This document shows positions 49,727 to 61,881 of a stretch of DNA of 64,000 nucleotides, piece after piece. The stretch lies in contig OX442314.1 of assembly GCA_949358305.1 (NCBI GenBank), positions 30,814,001 through 30,878,000 of the forward strand, written 5' to 3'. This DNA comes from Strigamia acuminata (Eukaryota). Both the position numbers and the translations under genes were made by a program. The stretch's first letter is position 1. Each line of letters begins with the position of its first letter. The notes under the pieces are model-generated. The model was not told the DNA's origin, did not search any database, and saw only the letters and a program-made list of their open reading frames with translations.

Positions 49727-50853
49727 GTCAAATTCATATTCTTCGAACAGTTATAATTTGAATGAAATATAATAAATGACAGAAGTTAGGAATTAATGAC
49801 TAGAATTAATGGTTAGTAAGCTAGAAAATAGGAGGAAATGAAGATATTTCCTTTGTTCGCTCGGAACAAAGAATTCGCTACCGGTTGTTGAGCGCGAAAA
49901 ATTGGCGCGCAACAAACGGTGTTTGTAAATGAATTAAAATATACAATTTCTTCCGTGGTGACTATTTATTTAATAAAAACACATAAAATTACTAAATAAC
50001 GACTCAGGGTCACCACAAATGTAAAAGCATCGCGTAGGTAAAGAATTACTGATGCCTGATCCTGGTCTGTAAGAAGGTCGTGGAATGTTACTGACGAGAC
50101 CTGCTCAATCGCATTAAATGATCTCTAACTTTACTGCTATCAAATTCAACACATGCATTTTCAAATTCTACATCTGCATTTTCCTTATAAGCATAAGAGT
50201 AAGGATAAGGATAAGGATCCGCTCCTGCGCCAAAGTCGACGCCATTAATCACTTCTTTCGCTGATCCGGAAGTAGATGTAGATGGCGGAGGTGTATCGTC
50301 ATAATAACGACTGCGTGATCTTGATCGTGAATTATTCCTTATTGGTGATCTCGATCTGTGAACATTTTCTCTGGTCAGTCGCGCATTTTCTCTGCTCAAA
50401 CGATCATTTTCACTGGTCAGTCGCAACAGCTGTTCTTCTAACTGACTGTTAACAACTTTTTCTCCTCTTTCCCGAGCATCGCAGGAAAGCGTCACGTTGC
50501 ACCAACGTGCACCGTGAAGCGAAAACGTGCAGCGCACGATTGTTGTAGTATTTAACCTGTTCAACAATACCAATTGATATCATTGTTTCATTCACCTTTG
50601 CCGCTGTTGCACCGTGATTGTTTCTAACCGTTTTTGTCGTCGTCCGCGTGATTTTCTCCAATCGTTTTTGCCGTCGTCCGCGTATCTATTCCTAAAAGAT
50701 GGCTTCCTCCTTAACACGAATTCTTTCCCAGGCTAAAATCAATTCTCGGCAATGGTACGACGGTCAGAAATTTATATTTCGGGAAGGATATTCAGTTAAA
50801 ATATCTTAGAAATGTACAAAACCAACGATAATCGAGAATTTAAATGTATACCA

Positions 50854-50973
50854 TATAAAGTGAGGTAAAATAAAAGAGTCAGGTAATTTCTCAAATCATA
50901 TACTCTCTCTGTCGGGGAGTATGTGATTTGAGAAATTACCTGACTCTTTTATTTTATTTTACCTCACTTTATA
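50854..50973. repeat. 120-bp near-perfect palindrome/hairpin
   Basis: ~55-bp arms, short loop, one 5-nt slippage indel, two T:G mismatches. Confidence 0.92.
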
Positions 50974-51168
50974 AATTCACTTGTCTAGCTAAAGCCAAAC
51001 TATCTCGCGCACAATAAGATAGGTAATATGCATTCGAAGCAGTGGAAACAAAAAGTATGTAATAAATTTATTATCAAATCAAAATCTAACTATTTATTTA
51101 CCGTAATGAAATAAAACTTCAATACAATTGATATCAAATCTAAATTCAAAATTTTCCCGTCACAAGTA

Positions 51169-53832
51169 CAACCCAGTTGCAAAAATATACAATCACTCCA
51201 TCTTATCAAATAAAGTGCTTTTTCTTTTGATCACTGTGTAGTTATGAAATAGAAAAATTATCTGAAACCAACTAAACTAGGTAAATTAAACTCTCCTCTT
51301 TCAGTGGAAAAAAAGTTTTTAACAATAATTGCGTTTCTTTCGCCACCGGAAGTGACGTCAAAAACGTCATTATTTCCGAAAAGAAAGTGGCCAAAGTTAT
51401 TTTAGCCAAAGGTAGCAATTGGCTTACTTTTCTTCCTTTCACTTTTACTTTCGCGATCGGCGCATGCGCATTAGTCATTTGTCAGCCAAACCAACAATCA
51501 AGTAAAGGTTTATAACTTGACAACGTATAATAGTAAAACATCATTTTTAACTGAAAAAACGTTCGTTTTTATCGAAAAAAACGTTTATTAAACTCAAAAC
51601 TAAAGAGGAGAAGTCAGTCTCTGCCTGCGTGAGAGTTAGCACTTCCGGAAGTGTAACTTTTTGTGTAATTCCGGAACCGGAAGTGCGTCATTTTTTGTGA
51701 TTTTTTTCCCGGAAGTGGCGCCACCTGTTGGCGGTAACTTCTGGTAAGAAATTTTAGTCACGGTTGTGGGAAATATTGAATATTTTAAAAATCTGAGTGT
51801 ATATTCAGATTCCCAGGGTGTGTTTTTGGGCAAAAAAAGGAGAAATAGAGATCAAACAGCGGGTAAAAAGGTAAAACAGCTGGTCTTTGCAGGTGTTTGC
51901 GGGTCTGGGTTGGTGTTTGCATGTCTGGGTGGGTGTTTGCGGGTCTGGGTGGGTGTTTGCGGGTGCTGGCGGGTGATGGCTGCATTGGGGTTTGGGTTTG
52001 GTTTGGGCCAAAATTGTATTGGCTGCATTGGCGTTGGGTTTAGGTTAAATTTTTGGTTTGATTGTGTTTGGGTTGTTGTTGTGTTTTATATTTTATTGGC
52101 CCGATTGGCGTTGGGTTTGGTTGTGCGTTGGTGTGGTTTTAGTTTGGGTTTGTATTATTGTGGTTTGGGTTGGATTATTGGTTTAGTTTTGCAAAAATGT
52201 ATTTTATGATTTGGCAGTATACATTTGTCTGATCTATGGCTTTGCGGGTGAACAGCTAGTTAGTTACTAAAAACTGGATTCGTGTATATTAAAACCAGAT
52301 TAAAATCAGATTACAGCATGCTAAAACTAGAATTTGAGCATGTGCAAACCAAAGGAAAGTAACAACAAGTAAGTTCATTCATTCTAAAGTGCCTTTTCTT
52401 TCTTTGCCAAAGTAAGAAAAGGAAAGATTTTTCTTTCCTTTCGCAAATTGAACGCACTTAATTTTCAAAATACATCAAAAGTTATCTGTATTTTTGTAAC
52501 TGTAATACATTTCAAAATAATCCAATCAGCTCATTCGAGTTTCAAAAATATACAATCAGTATACAAAATGTTTTTAGTTATTGATGTCATTATAAACAAA
52601 CTGTAAATAAATTGTAAGGAGATATGCAAATTAACTAATACAGACTGATTTGACTGAATGGAGAAGTTAATCGAGTTCCAAACTGTTAATCTAACTTGAA
52701 CTCAATCATGGGAAGAGGAAAAACAACCAGTAAAGAAATACGTGAATTAATCATAAAAAAACATTTGAAAAACCAATCAACAAGGTCTATAACTTCGGGT
52801 TTAGATGTCTGCCAAAGTGTGGTGGTGGAAATATTAAAAAAATGGAGGATAACAGGGACATCTTCACCTTCAAAACCACTTGGAAGACCAAAAATTACTA
52901 GTAAAAGGAATGATAAAGCATTAAATTGAGTGCTAACAGGAAAAAGACATGCCACTACACCTGAAATTACCGTTGAATGGGAAAAAATTATCGGCAAAAA
53001 GGTTTCTGATGCCACAACACGACGACGACTCAGAAGCCTGGGTTATGGTTTTTACCATGCAAAAGAAAAACCTCTCCTTACAAAGTTGCACATTACTAAG
53101 CAAAGAAAATGGGCTAATGAGCACAAGGATTGGACAATAGATGAATGGAACAACATCATGATGAATCCAGATTTTGTGTTTGTTAGGGTGATGAACGAGG
53201 AATTGTTGTGCGCAAAAAAAACTGTAAAATTTCCACAAAGTGTAATGATATGGGGGTGTAGACCAGTTAAATTTTATTGACAAGACAGCGCTTCATGTTA
53301 CACTGCCCCATGTTACACTGCCCGATCAACTACAAACTGGTTAAATGGTCATAACATCAAAAAGATGCAAAACTGGCCACCAAATAGTCCAGATCTTTCG
53401 CCAATCGAAAATGTTTGGGGAATAATGAAAAAAAAGGTTCGACTGCGTAAACCAACAACCAAAGCTGAGTTGTGTAGTGTTTTAAAAGACAAATGGAACA
53501 AGATTACACCTGAGCAATATTCTAAACTTGTATTATCCAAGCCTGACCGTATGAAAGCTGTTTGTAAAGCTAAAGGAGGAAATACAAAGTACTGATTGTA
53601 TATTTTTGAAACTTGAATGATCTGATTGGATTATTTTGAAATGTATCACAGTTACAAAAATAAAGATAACTTTTGATGTGTTTTGAATATTGTTAAAAAC
53701 TTTTTTTCCATTGAAAGAAGAGAGTTTAGTTGGTTTCCGATAATTTTTCTATTTCATAACTACACAGTGATCGAAAGAAAAAGCACTTTATTTGAAAAAA
53801 TGGAGTGATTGTATGTTTTTGCAACTGGGTTG
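51169..53832 (+). mobile_element. Tc1 transposon with long IR/DR-type TIRs and a pseudogenised transposase (52708-53595)
   Basis: TA|CAACCCAGTTGC...GCAACTGGGTTG|TA. MGRGK...GRPKITS, SVMIWGC, WPPNSPDLSPIENVW, KGGNTKY*. Stop at ~52928, frameshifts and deletions. Confidence 0.92.
51328..52462. mobile_element. ~1.1-kb insertion splitting the left Tc1 TIR
   Basis: TIR homology to 53590-53832 stops at ~51328 and resumes at ~52463. Imperfect inverted ends TAATTGCGTT / AACGCACTTA. GT-rich repeats at 51880-52190. Confidence 0.65.
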
Positions 53833-53966
53833 TATTTACTTTAACAATATCAAAATTAATTTAAAAAAATTGATAATTACAAAAAAAATTAATTTAATTT
53901 ATGAAATTAAATTTAACTTACTACGCTTGATTTGTCACAAAATTTCAAATTTCTTAAACGTGATCT

Positions 53967-54464
53967 TCATCTTTGCGACGCTCTAGCTACAAATGATTCT
54001 GTCAAATCGCTTATCTCTTTTTCATACCCTTTTATGGTGCTATTTAAAATTGCTATTCGTATCAACTCATCCGTTTGATTACGTTGAATCTTATACATAC
54101 TTACCAATTCTTTCGCAATCAAAATTTGTCGATTAATAAAATCCAACTCATGCAGCCGAGTTATTTCATTCATATCGACCGCACACTCCTGGCAAATGTT
54201 ATCCGCGACTGAAAGATGCAAACAATTTTCCAACACAAAAATCTCATTCCCCGCCTCTAAAATCTCGTTGTTTGCCTTCAATATCCGGACAATCGTCCCC
54301 GTAACGGTCGACTTATACTCCCTCAGACATCCTTCCGCAGGTAATTGATAAGAAAACAAAATCGTATCCCGTGAAATTTTGTTACCACATTCAACTTTCC
54401 ATTCGATTACTTTTGCGTACGAGTGTTCGAGAAAATAAATCGTTGTCGTGTTTTCGAGTTCCAT
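53967..54464 (-). CDS. FCP1/CTDP1 N-terminal-domain-only protein, copy 3
   Basis: Close paralogue of copy 2; intact ORF. Confidence 0.75.
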   Translation of the reverse strand: MELENTTTIYFLEHSYAKVIEWKVECGNKISRDTILFSYQLPAEGCLREYKSTVTGTIVRILKANNEILEAGNEIFVLENCLHLSVADNICQECAVDMNEITRLHELDFINRQILIAKELVSMYKIQRNQTDELIRIAILNSTIKGYEKEISDLTESFVARASQR

Positions 54465-54704
54465 TGCAAAGATCAACAGTGTGAATAATGACTTCCAAGG
54501 TTCCGACGGTCTTATTTATATCAATAAGCTATAAGTAACGTCTTATTTACGTTTGTTTACAACGTTTTGTGTACGTAACCGCGATCAAAGATCCAAATGT
54601 TTGAATCTTTGAACCTCGCTGCACTGCGCTTCATTCTTTGCAGTTCTTTAGCATAATTGTAATTTTTTTTTATACAAATAACATATTTTCAACTAAATTT
54701 TTAA

Positions 54705-57700
54705 TCAAACTTTATTTATGTAATGCATTGACGCATTTCTTGCCATTAAACAATACAAAACTGCATCGTGGATTGTAGGGAATATGCATGAGTTTGGAGC
54801 CTTGGTCTCAAATTTCGTGTGTTTCAACATATCTAAAACCGGATCTGCAGAAATAATTATCAAAAACAACTCATAAGTCATTTAAACCTTATAAGAGAGA
54901 TCGATTTTTTACCTTGGCACGCTGCAAGATGAACCGAAACGAATTCACCTTGGTAGTCTACGATAGTCTACAGAAAAGAGAGAAAATAATTTTATTTTTC
55001 ACAATTTCGTGCAGTTTCACCTCGTGAAGAGTTGATAAACCACTTAAATCAATGTATGGACACCCAGAACAGTCCAGAATGATAAACCGAACTAAATCCG
55101 CAAAATATATACTTGGTCTTTGTTCACTAGCATGAACTGTCAGCTAAAAAATCAATACAATATTTAATTACAGTAGTAATTAAATTGTAAATACATTGTT
55201 AACTTACACGTCTACTTCTTGATTCCTTAGTCAGTCTTTTAGCAAAAATAAATAAATAAATACGTTACAATTTCAATTTTCAATTCTGATATTAATTGTC
55301 TCACGTTGTAGTTACATCAATAAGATCATGTAAACGACTCTTGAAATATTGTCTATTTGCAAAGTGAATAGGTCCATTAAATCTAAATATTTTTATTCCT
55401 GGAATTGACTTTACCTATTAAAATAAAACAAATTAAAAATAAATTCAATTTAAAATGATAAAACGACATACTTTTGTGTACTTTAAAATATCAACATATA
55501 TATCTGTATCGGGAATAGCTCCAACCAAGCACGCCTGTGGTCTAAATGTAAACATTTCAATTACACATACACAAATGACAAAAAATTGACACCACGCACT
55601 CGGTAAACTGTATTTTGAAAGCTCGGATGTTCATGGTTCGTAGAATAATCGTAAATAACGAAAACGCTATCCCGATGAACAAACCATAAGCCGTGCCGAC
55701 TAAAAACACTGAAATGAATGACACCAGCCAAACCAACTGCAAAACAAACAATTATTAGCACATATTAAACCAAAATCTGTCTTTATTTCAACATACGGCA
55801 TCCAAAATTGATAATTTCCACGCCAATATCAAATCCTTAATTTGGAAAAACATTCCCTGCACGGCGGCCATTACTATTGCTCCTAAAATGCACTAAAACT
55901 TGCATAATTTTGCTTGTCGATTTCTGCTGTGTTTGCACACTTACCGTTGGCAAATCTCGAAGTAAAAATCCAACCCAAAGCAACACAGCTAATATTATCC
56001 AACACGAGATAAAACTAGCAAGCTTAAAAAGATTTTTATTTAAAATTAAATATTGTACTGTATTGATATATATTTGTATACCTGGGTTCTGCAACCTGCT
56101 TTTTCTTTCACTAACGTCCTTGCTAAGGCCACACTTACAGGAAAAGAAGAAAAGAATGAACAAAAGACATTGGCAGTGCCAAGTGCAAATAGTTCCTACT
56201 TTTCCAAAAAAAGATAAATTCAAGATTTTGTTAATTTTGTCCGGGACTATTTATTGACATTCACCTGATTCGCGTACACTCTGTATTTATATTTCTTCGC
56301 GAAAATCAAACCCATTGAAAACGATACGACATACGAAACAATAGCTATGGGAATGCTGTCAACAATAATGCCTGGCATGATGTTGAAATCAGGGACACGT
56401 GGGGCTAATAACCTAAATCAAAGCAAAAATAGATTTGTGCGCACAAAACGTCTAAAACATCAAAGTTACCCTGCATGAATTTCTCCAACAATCTCCACAT
56501 TATGCACTTCATTGAGTTTGATGAAATGTGAGATTAATGTAATAACAATCACCTGCAATATATTGCAAACTATATTTTTCAACAACCTCTTATTTCTGTG
56601 TACAATTCTTACAATAGTCAGTTCCATTGGAAGTGGCAGTCCAGTTTTCTTTTTAAAATGGCCAACATCACAATTCATAGTAAAAATGAGCAAAGTCAAT
56701 GCAATCACAGATATCGAAGCAGTGACATAATTTGTCTCCGGTAATTTCTCACACACCTGATAATAAACCTAGAAAGCAAAAAGACATAATCAGCACCACA
56801 ATTGACAACATTTCAAGCCAAAAATACTTCCCAACCTTAAAAATATAAAAAATACCTCCTTTCGCACTTATTTTAACCCCTAAAAGAAGTGGTACTTGAC
56901 TAGTAAACACGTGACATGCTGCCCCAGTTGTGAACCCACTTACTAACGTCTCAGACATGAAGATACTCAAAGCACCTAACTTGAGGATGCCTAAAACTAA
57001 CTACACCATTAATCCAGATCACATTTCTGCGCCGAAACCACTCCGATGTTAACTTACATGCATTATGCCCACAATGAAACACATTGCAGTCAACATTTGG
57101 ATTTTTTTAAATTCGTAATCTTTATCTTGGTCGTTGGTTTCCTCCGAAGTAACATTGGCAGGTGCAGGTGCAGGTATGTGTTTGTTAACAACCGTGCCCA
57201 TCATTAAACACAAAACGGAAAAAGCACCTGTGATTAATTAACTGGTCAATTAATTAACTACAACTATGCTTATTGATTGACATTACCCACAGAAACGTGG
57301 CGGGATGAGCCGAGAATTGTGTAAATAAGACAAGAAAACAAACACGTGTATAAACCGTAGACGGGCAGAACTTGCGCTAATAGAGCGTACGCCATTGCTG
57401 AAAAACAAATCAATTAAAATTAAAATCAATAGAAATTTTTTAAAAATCAATATAAATGAAAAATGATGGAAATAGTGAAAATTTTAGAAGGTTGAAATAC
57501 ACACCCGTGACAAATTTTTTAAAAATCAATATAAATTTTTTAAAAATCAATAAAAATTTTTTTAAAATCAATAGAAATTTTTTAAAAATCAATATCAATT
57601 TTTTAAAAATCAATATCAATTTTTTAAAAATTCAATAAAAATTTTTTAAAATTCAATATAATTTTTTTAAAATTCAATATAATTTTTTTAAAATTCAATA

Positions 57701-58255
57701 TAATTTTTTAAAAACCAATATATATGTTTTAAAAACCAATAGAAATTTTTTAAAAATTAATACGTGCCTTGAGGAACTCGCAAAACTCCAAGTGTAATAC
57801 CACCGATAACATCCGCCAAAATATCCTGTTTCCAGTTATAATGTCTCAGCCAAACCAAAATTGGAATTCTCGCTTGAACGTATTTTCTAATTTGCGCCAC
57901 AGTTATCACGGGTGTGTAGTCGCGAATATCAAAACCTGTTGTCAAGAGTTCATAAAATAATTAATCAATGGTTTTACCATATAAAATCAACTATTATTCA
58001 TTATTTTACGGTAAGGTTCTTTGTCCACAAAATTATTTTCCAAGCGAAAACTATTCAACGTAAAAGCTTGCCTGTCAGGCACATGAAACGTCGGTTCTTC
58101 TCCCGGTTGCGTCCTGAAATACCCGGGCAGACCAGGAATCACTCCTGATTGATCACTTGCATCGACTACATTCAAAATGACTATAAATTTACGAAATTTT
58201 TAAATTAAATTAAATTACCGCTCGAAGTTGCCTTGTGTACTGACGGTGTGTGCAT
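54705..58255 (-). CDS. SLC26/SulP anion transporter (prestin-like) with STAS domain; many short exons, first exon tentative
   Basis: DILADVIGGITLGVLRVPQ, MAYALLAQV.PVYGLY, GSSRHVSVG, LVSGFTTGAACHVFTSQ, ELFALG.AN, IILDCSG.PYID.SG, FPTIHDAV. Canonical splice sites. Confidence 0.92.
57405..57760. repeat. Intronic AT-rich ~22-bp satellite
   Basis: AAAAATCAATATAAATTTTTTT-like tandem units. Confidence 0.9.
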
Positions 58256-58646
58256 TTCAACCGTTTATTCACGCAGCTGGAAATCGAATGTTTTGCTATG
58301 CAATATGCAATATGTAATAACAATGGATTAAAGAATGCTTGAAAAAGCACACATTGAATGACACTATCAATAACAAAACCTAGAACCCGATAAATAACAC
58401 CCGATGCGTACAACCAAAGTCCACACAAAATATTAAATATCGGCTCAAACAACGTGCTCAGCCAGACAATTCAACTATAAATAAAAAAAATAATTTCATT
58501 TACGTACTAGAATGTATTTGTTTGATTTCATAGACGTAACAATGCACTTAGCACCTATTATTGCAAGAAATGACAAACAAAACAGCGCGAGCTCGATTAT
58601 TTCCCACGTTTTGCTCGTTCGTCGCACGAATTAATATTAAAACAAG

Positions 58647-60301
58647 ATGGGGTTTTTCGTGTCTGTACGTCGTATGTTTCGGCGTCCAGTCCGTAAAATC
58701 GACTACTGGATGGACGGCCTTGCCAACAAATACTTAAACATGATAACAACATCGACTTACTTCGAAATTGCTTGCATTTCCATTCTCGCCATTGACGCAT
58801 TGAGCACGTGCATTTCAATATCAAATAAACAAACCGACAACATGGGTAAACAAATAATAACAACATCAAGCAGAAAACTCATAAAATTACCTCCAAAAAT
58901 CAGGTTACATGATCGTCACCTGCATATTCTACGGCTTCTACATGATCGAATTCCTGCTCCGCTTCTGCGACGAGCTCGGGAGCGTCTGGCACAGTCGGAT
59001 GAACTGCTTCGACTTCTTCATCCTGATTCTCATCTGTTTCCAACTGAGCGAAGGATTCATCAAAAACCCGCTGATGTATTACGCCCACCAATTGGTGAAT
59101 TTGCGATTTCTTCGCCTCTTTCGTATTTCCAAACACGTGGAAGGTCTTGGATTGGTGACGCACGCTTTGATGGACACAATAGTCACGTACGCACTCAACG
59201 TCTTCATTTTGCTGCTCATTTTCATCTTTTTGTTCGGCGTGATTGGCAAACATCTGTTCGGTTGGACTCAGAACGAGGCGCAGGATATGGAGAATTGGGG
59301 CAGTCTGGCTAAGACATTTTTCCCGCTCTTTGCGTACACCACTATGGACGGATGGCGGTTTTTCCACGACATTCTGGAAGAAAAGGGGTTTGTTTACATG
59401 TCGAGGACGTTTGGAATCGCGTTTATACTGATTGTCAGTTTTGTCATCATGACTTCACTACGGGCGATTGTAATTAGCAATATAAACAGAATGAAACAGG
59501 AGCTTATGGAGAAGATTGCGGTGGAAAATGAGCAGAGAATCTCGAGGAAACACGAGAAGTTTATTAAACAACAGCACGAAATAGTCAATGAAATGATCAG
59601 GCGACAGGTTGCAGTAAGGGAAATGTCCAATTTGTTTTATTCTTGCATAAAATTGGTTTTTATTGGTTTTTTATTAGTTTAGATTGTGTTTTAATTGGTT
59701 TTTGTTGTTTTTTATTGTGTTTTATTGTGTTTTACATGTTTTTATTGTGTTTTATATGTTTTTATTGTGTTTTATATGTTTTTATCGTGTTTTATATGTT
59801 TTTATTGTGTTTTATATGTTTTTATTGTGTTTTATATGTTTTTATTGTGTTTTATATGTTTTTATTGTGTTTTATATGTTTTTATTGTGTTTTATATGTT
59901 TTTATCGTGTTTTATATGTTTTTATTGTGTTTTATATGTTTTTATTGTGTTTTATATGTTTTTATTGTGTTTTATATGTTTTTATTGTGTTTTATATGTT
60001 TTTATTGTGTTTTTGTTTTTTTCAGGGGGAATCGGATACTTTTGAGAAATTGTCTAAAACGTTTATCCAAGAGGAGCTGTCGCACAACGATATAGTCATC
60101 TGGCGAGACATGTGTGGATGGCCTTTGTGGATTTTTAGTTTATTTCAGACTTTGGATTACGAAGATACTGTATCGTACCGTTTACAGCAATTTCATTACG
60201 AGATGGGAACAGTGTTGCTTAGATTGCTCGAAACGGGCGAAGAATTGGGACCGTTGGTTCATCCTCCCAAGCTGTCACGCACTCGTGTTCCTCACCGATG
60301 A
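58647..60301 (+). CDS. CATSPER3: Cation channel sperm-associated protein 3; exons 58647-58845, 58904-59613, 60026-60301 (~394 aa)
   Basis: Single 6-TM domain; S4 RFLRLFRISK; pore NWG.L...FF.LF...TMDGW; SR.F.I.FILI.SF; C-terminal LSH.D and TLDY.DT...LQ...YE match recalled CatSper3. Exon phases are compatible. Confidence 0.88.
59690..60015. repeat. Intronic 20-bp satellite (TTTATTGTGTTTTATATGTT)n
   Basis: Direct inspection; about 15 units. Confidence 0.97.
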
Positions 60302-60781
60302 ACCGAATTAATAAAGTTATAAAATGAAGTTCCCATTTTCGTTTTATTTAATTATTTATTTTGTTGTAATGAAAAAAGTCAAGCAGAGAGTTACTGTTGG
60401 GCGACCAAAAGTCATTAACTTACCATAATTGTTAATGCATGATGCTGACTTGTGAGCAAACCCTTACAATTGGAAAACTTGTTCAGGTAAGATAAAACCA
60501 CATTAAACAATACTGGCAAAGGACGCGATATAGGTAATAAACTTCCTGCATAAACCTATGGCACGCCAGACTCCAGTAGAGTTTCTTTGGTTGGTTGAAT
60601 TTTTTATTGTTTATAAATACGTAAGAAGAATTTAAAATATAATCTAGAGGAACCTTTTATAACTTAAGCATTGAATAGCAGCCATTGTTTTGGAGTACTA
60701 ATAAAAATAAATGCCCCATTAATGAAAAGGATAAAGGTTTTTACGATATCAAATGTCTTCGTCTCAATCAGTTGTTATGAC

Positions 60782-61881
60782 ATGAAATTATTTTTCCTTT
60801 GTTTCCTTTTGGTTTTTACATATTGCGATTGCAAAAAGGCTGCACAAAGCGAAGCCAGCATTCTATCCGATTTAAGGGTAAATTGGGCCCATGTGGCTAC
60901 TTGTGAACACACGTATGCCATCTGTGAAAATCATTTCGTCAAAGGCACTTTTAAACTTGTTCAACCTAAAATAGCCATTACAAAGTGTGTGATTATGTCG
61001 TCGCGCCAATTTCGTAGCTGATCATTTTGTCGGAGTTGGCGGAAGAAGAGTTAGTATATCCGATGAAGGTAGAGATGTTGGTTAATGATGCTTTGCAAGG
61101 TAGTGTGGCGAAACAATCTGGAGACAAAATGATCTGGAGACAAAATAATCTGGAGACGAAATGATCGGCGACGAAATGACCGGTAAAATTAGCACAAAAT
61201 AAACTAACCAGTTTTTCCATAGGAAGCCGAAGAAAGGATCAAAAGGTGGCGGGAAAAAAAAAGACAAGAAACCAAACAGCAGGATACTAACTGGTCGGCG
61301 ACTAACTGAACAGCGACTCCATGAACAACCACTACCTGTACAGCGACTACATGAACAGCGACTACATGAACAGCGACTACATGAACAGCGACTGCATGAA
61401 CAGCGATTGCATGACCAACGATTGCATGAACAGCGACTAAATGAACAGCAACTGCATAAACAACGACCAAATGAACGGAGATCAAATGACCAACAATTAA
61501 ACGACAATCGACTAAAGGCGCAGCAACTAAATGACCAGCGAATAACTAACCATCGAATAAAGGAGGAGCGACGAAATGGCCTAAAAGGCCGAAGTGCTCC
61601 GAAACAAACGTGGGAGGAGTTTTACCCTATATGTACGAGACAATACTCAGGTGGTAGTTTGATATTTTGTGGTAAGTTCAATTCGCACACTTTAAATAAT
61701 TTGAACGAAAATTGAAACTGGGCACAATAACATTGTAATGATCTATTCTATATTGTTTATTGCAGAAACGAAAGAGCAACTGCTGAAAAACATCTGCAAA
61801 TATCTAACATGCTTTAATCGAAGTGTAATAGAAACAACAAAATTCACTTATAAAGATGAAAGCTGCACATGTATTACTTAA
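60782..61881 (+). CDS. Secreted 8-Cys protein, copy F, with a long Lys-rich and (EQRLH)n insert; probable exons 60782-60984, 61223-61671, 61766-61881
   Basis: Signal peptide, NW...ATC......C, TWEEFYPIC, FC|ETKEQLLKNICKYLTC...SCTCIT*. The first donor (GTGTGT) is tentative. Confidence 0.7.

Noticed and set aside
59643..60095. Hydrophobic Cys/Phe-rich ORFs
   Set aside because: Translations of a stop-free 20-bp intronic satellite.
61082..61507. Metallothionein-like (CSCSR)n ORF on the minus strand
   Set aside because: Antisense of the (EQRLH)n repeat, which is in frame with the family-conserved sequence on the plus strand.
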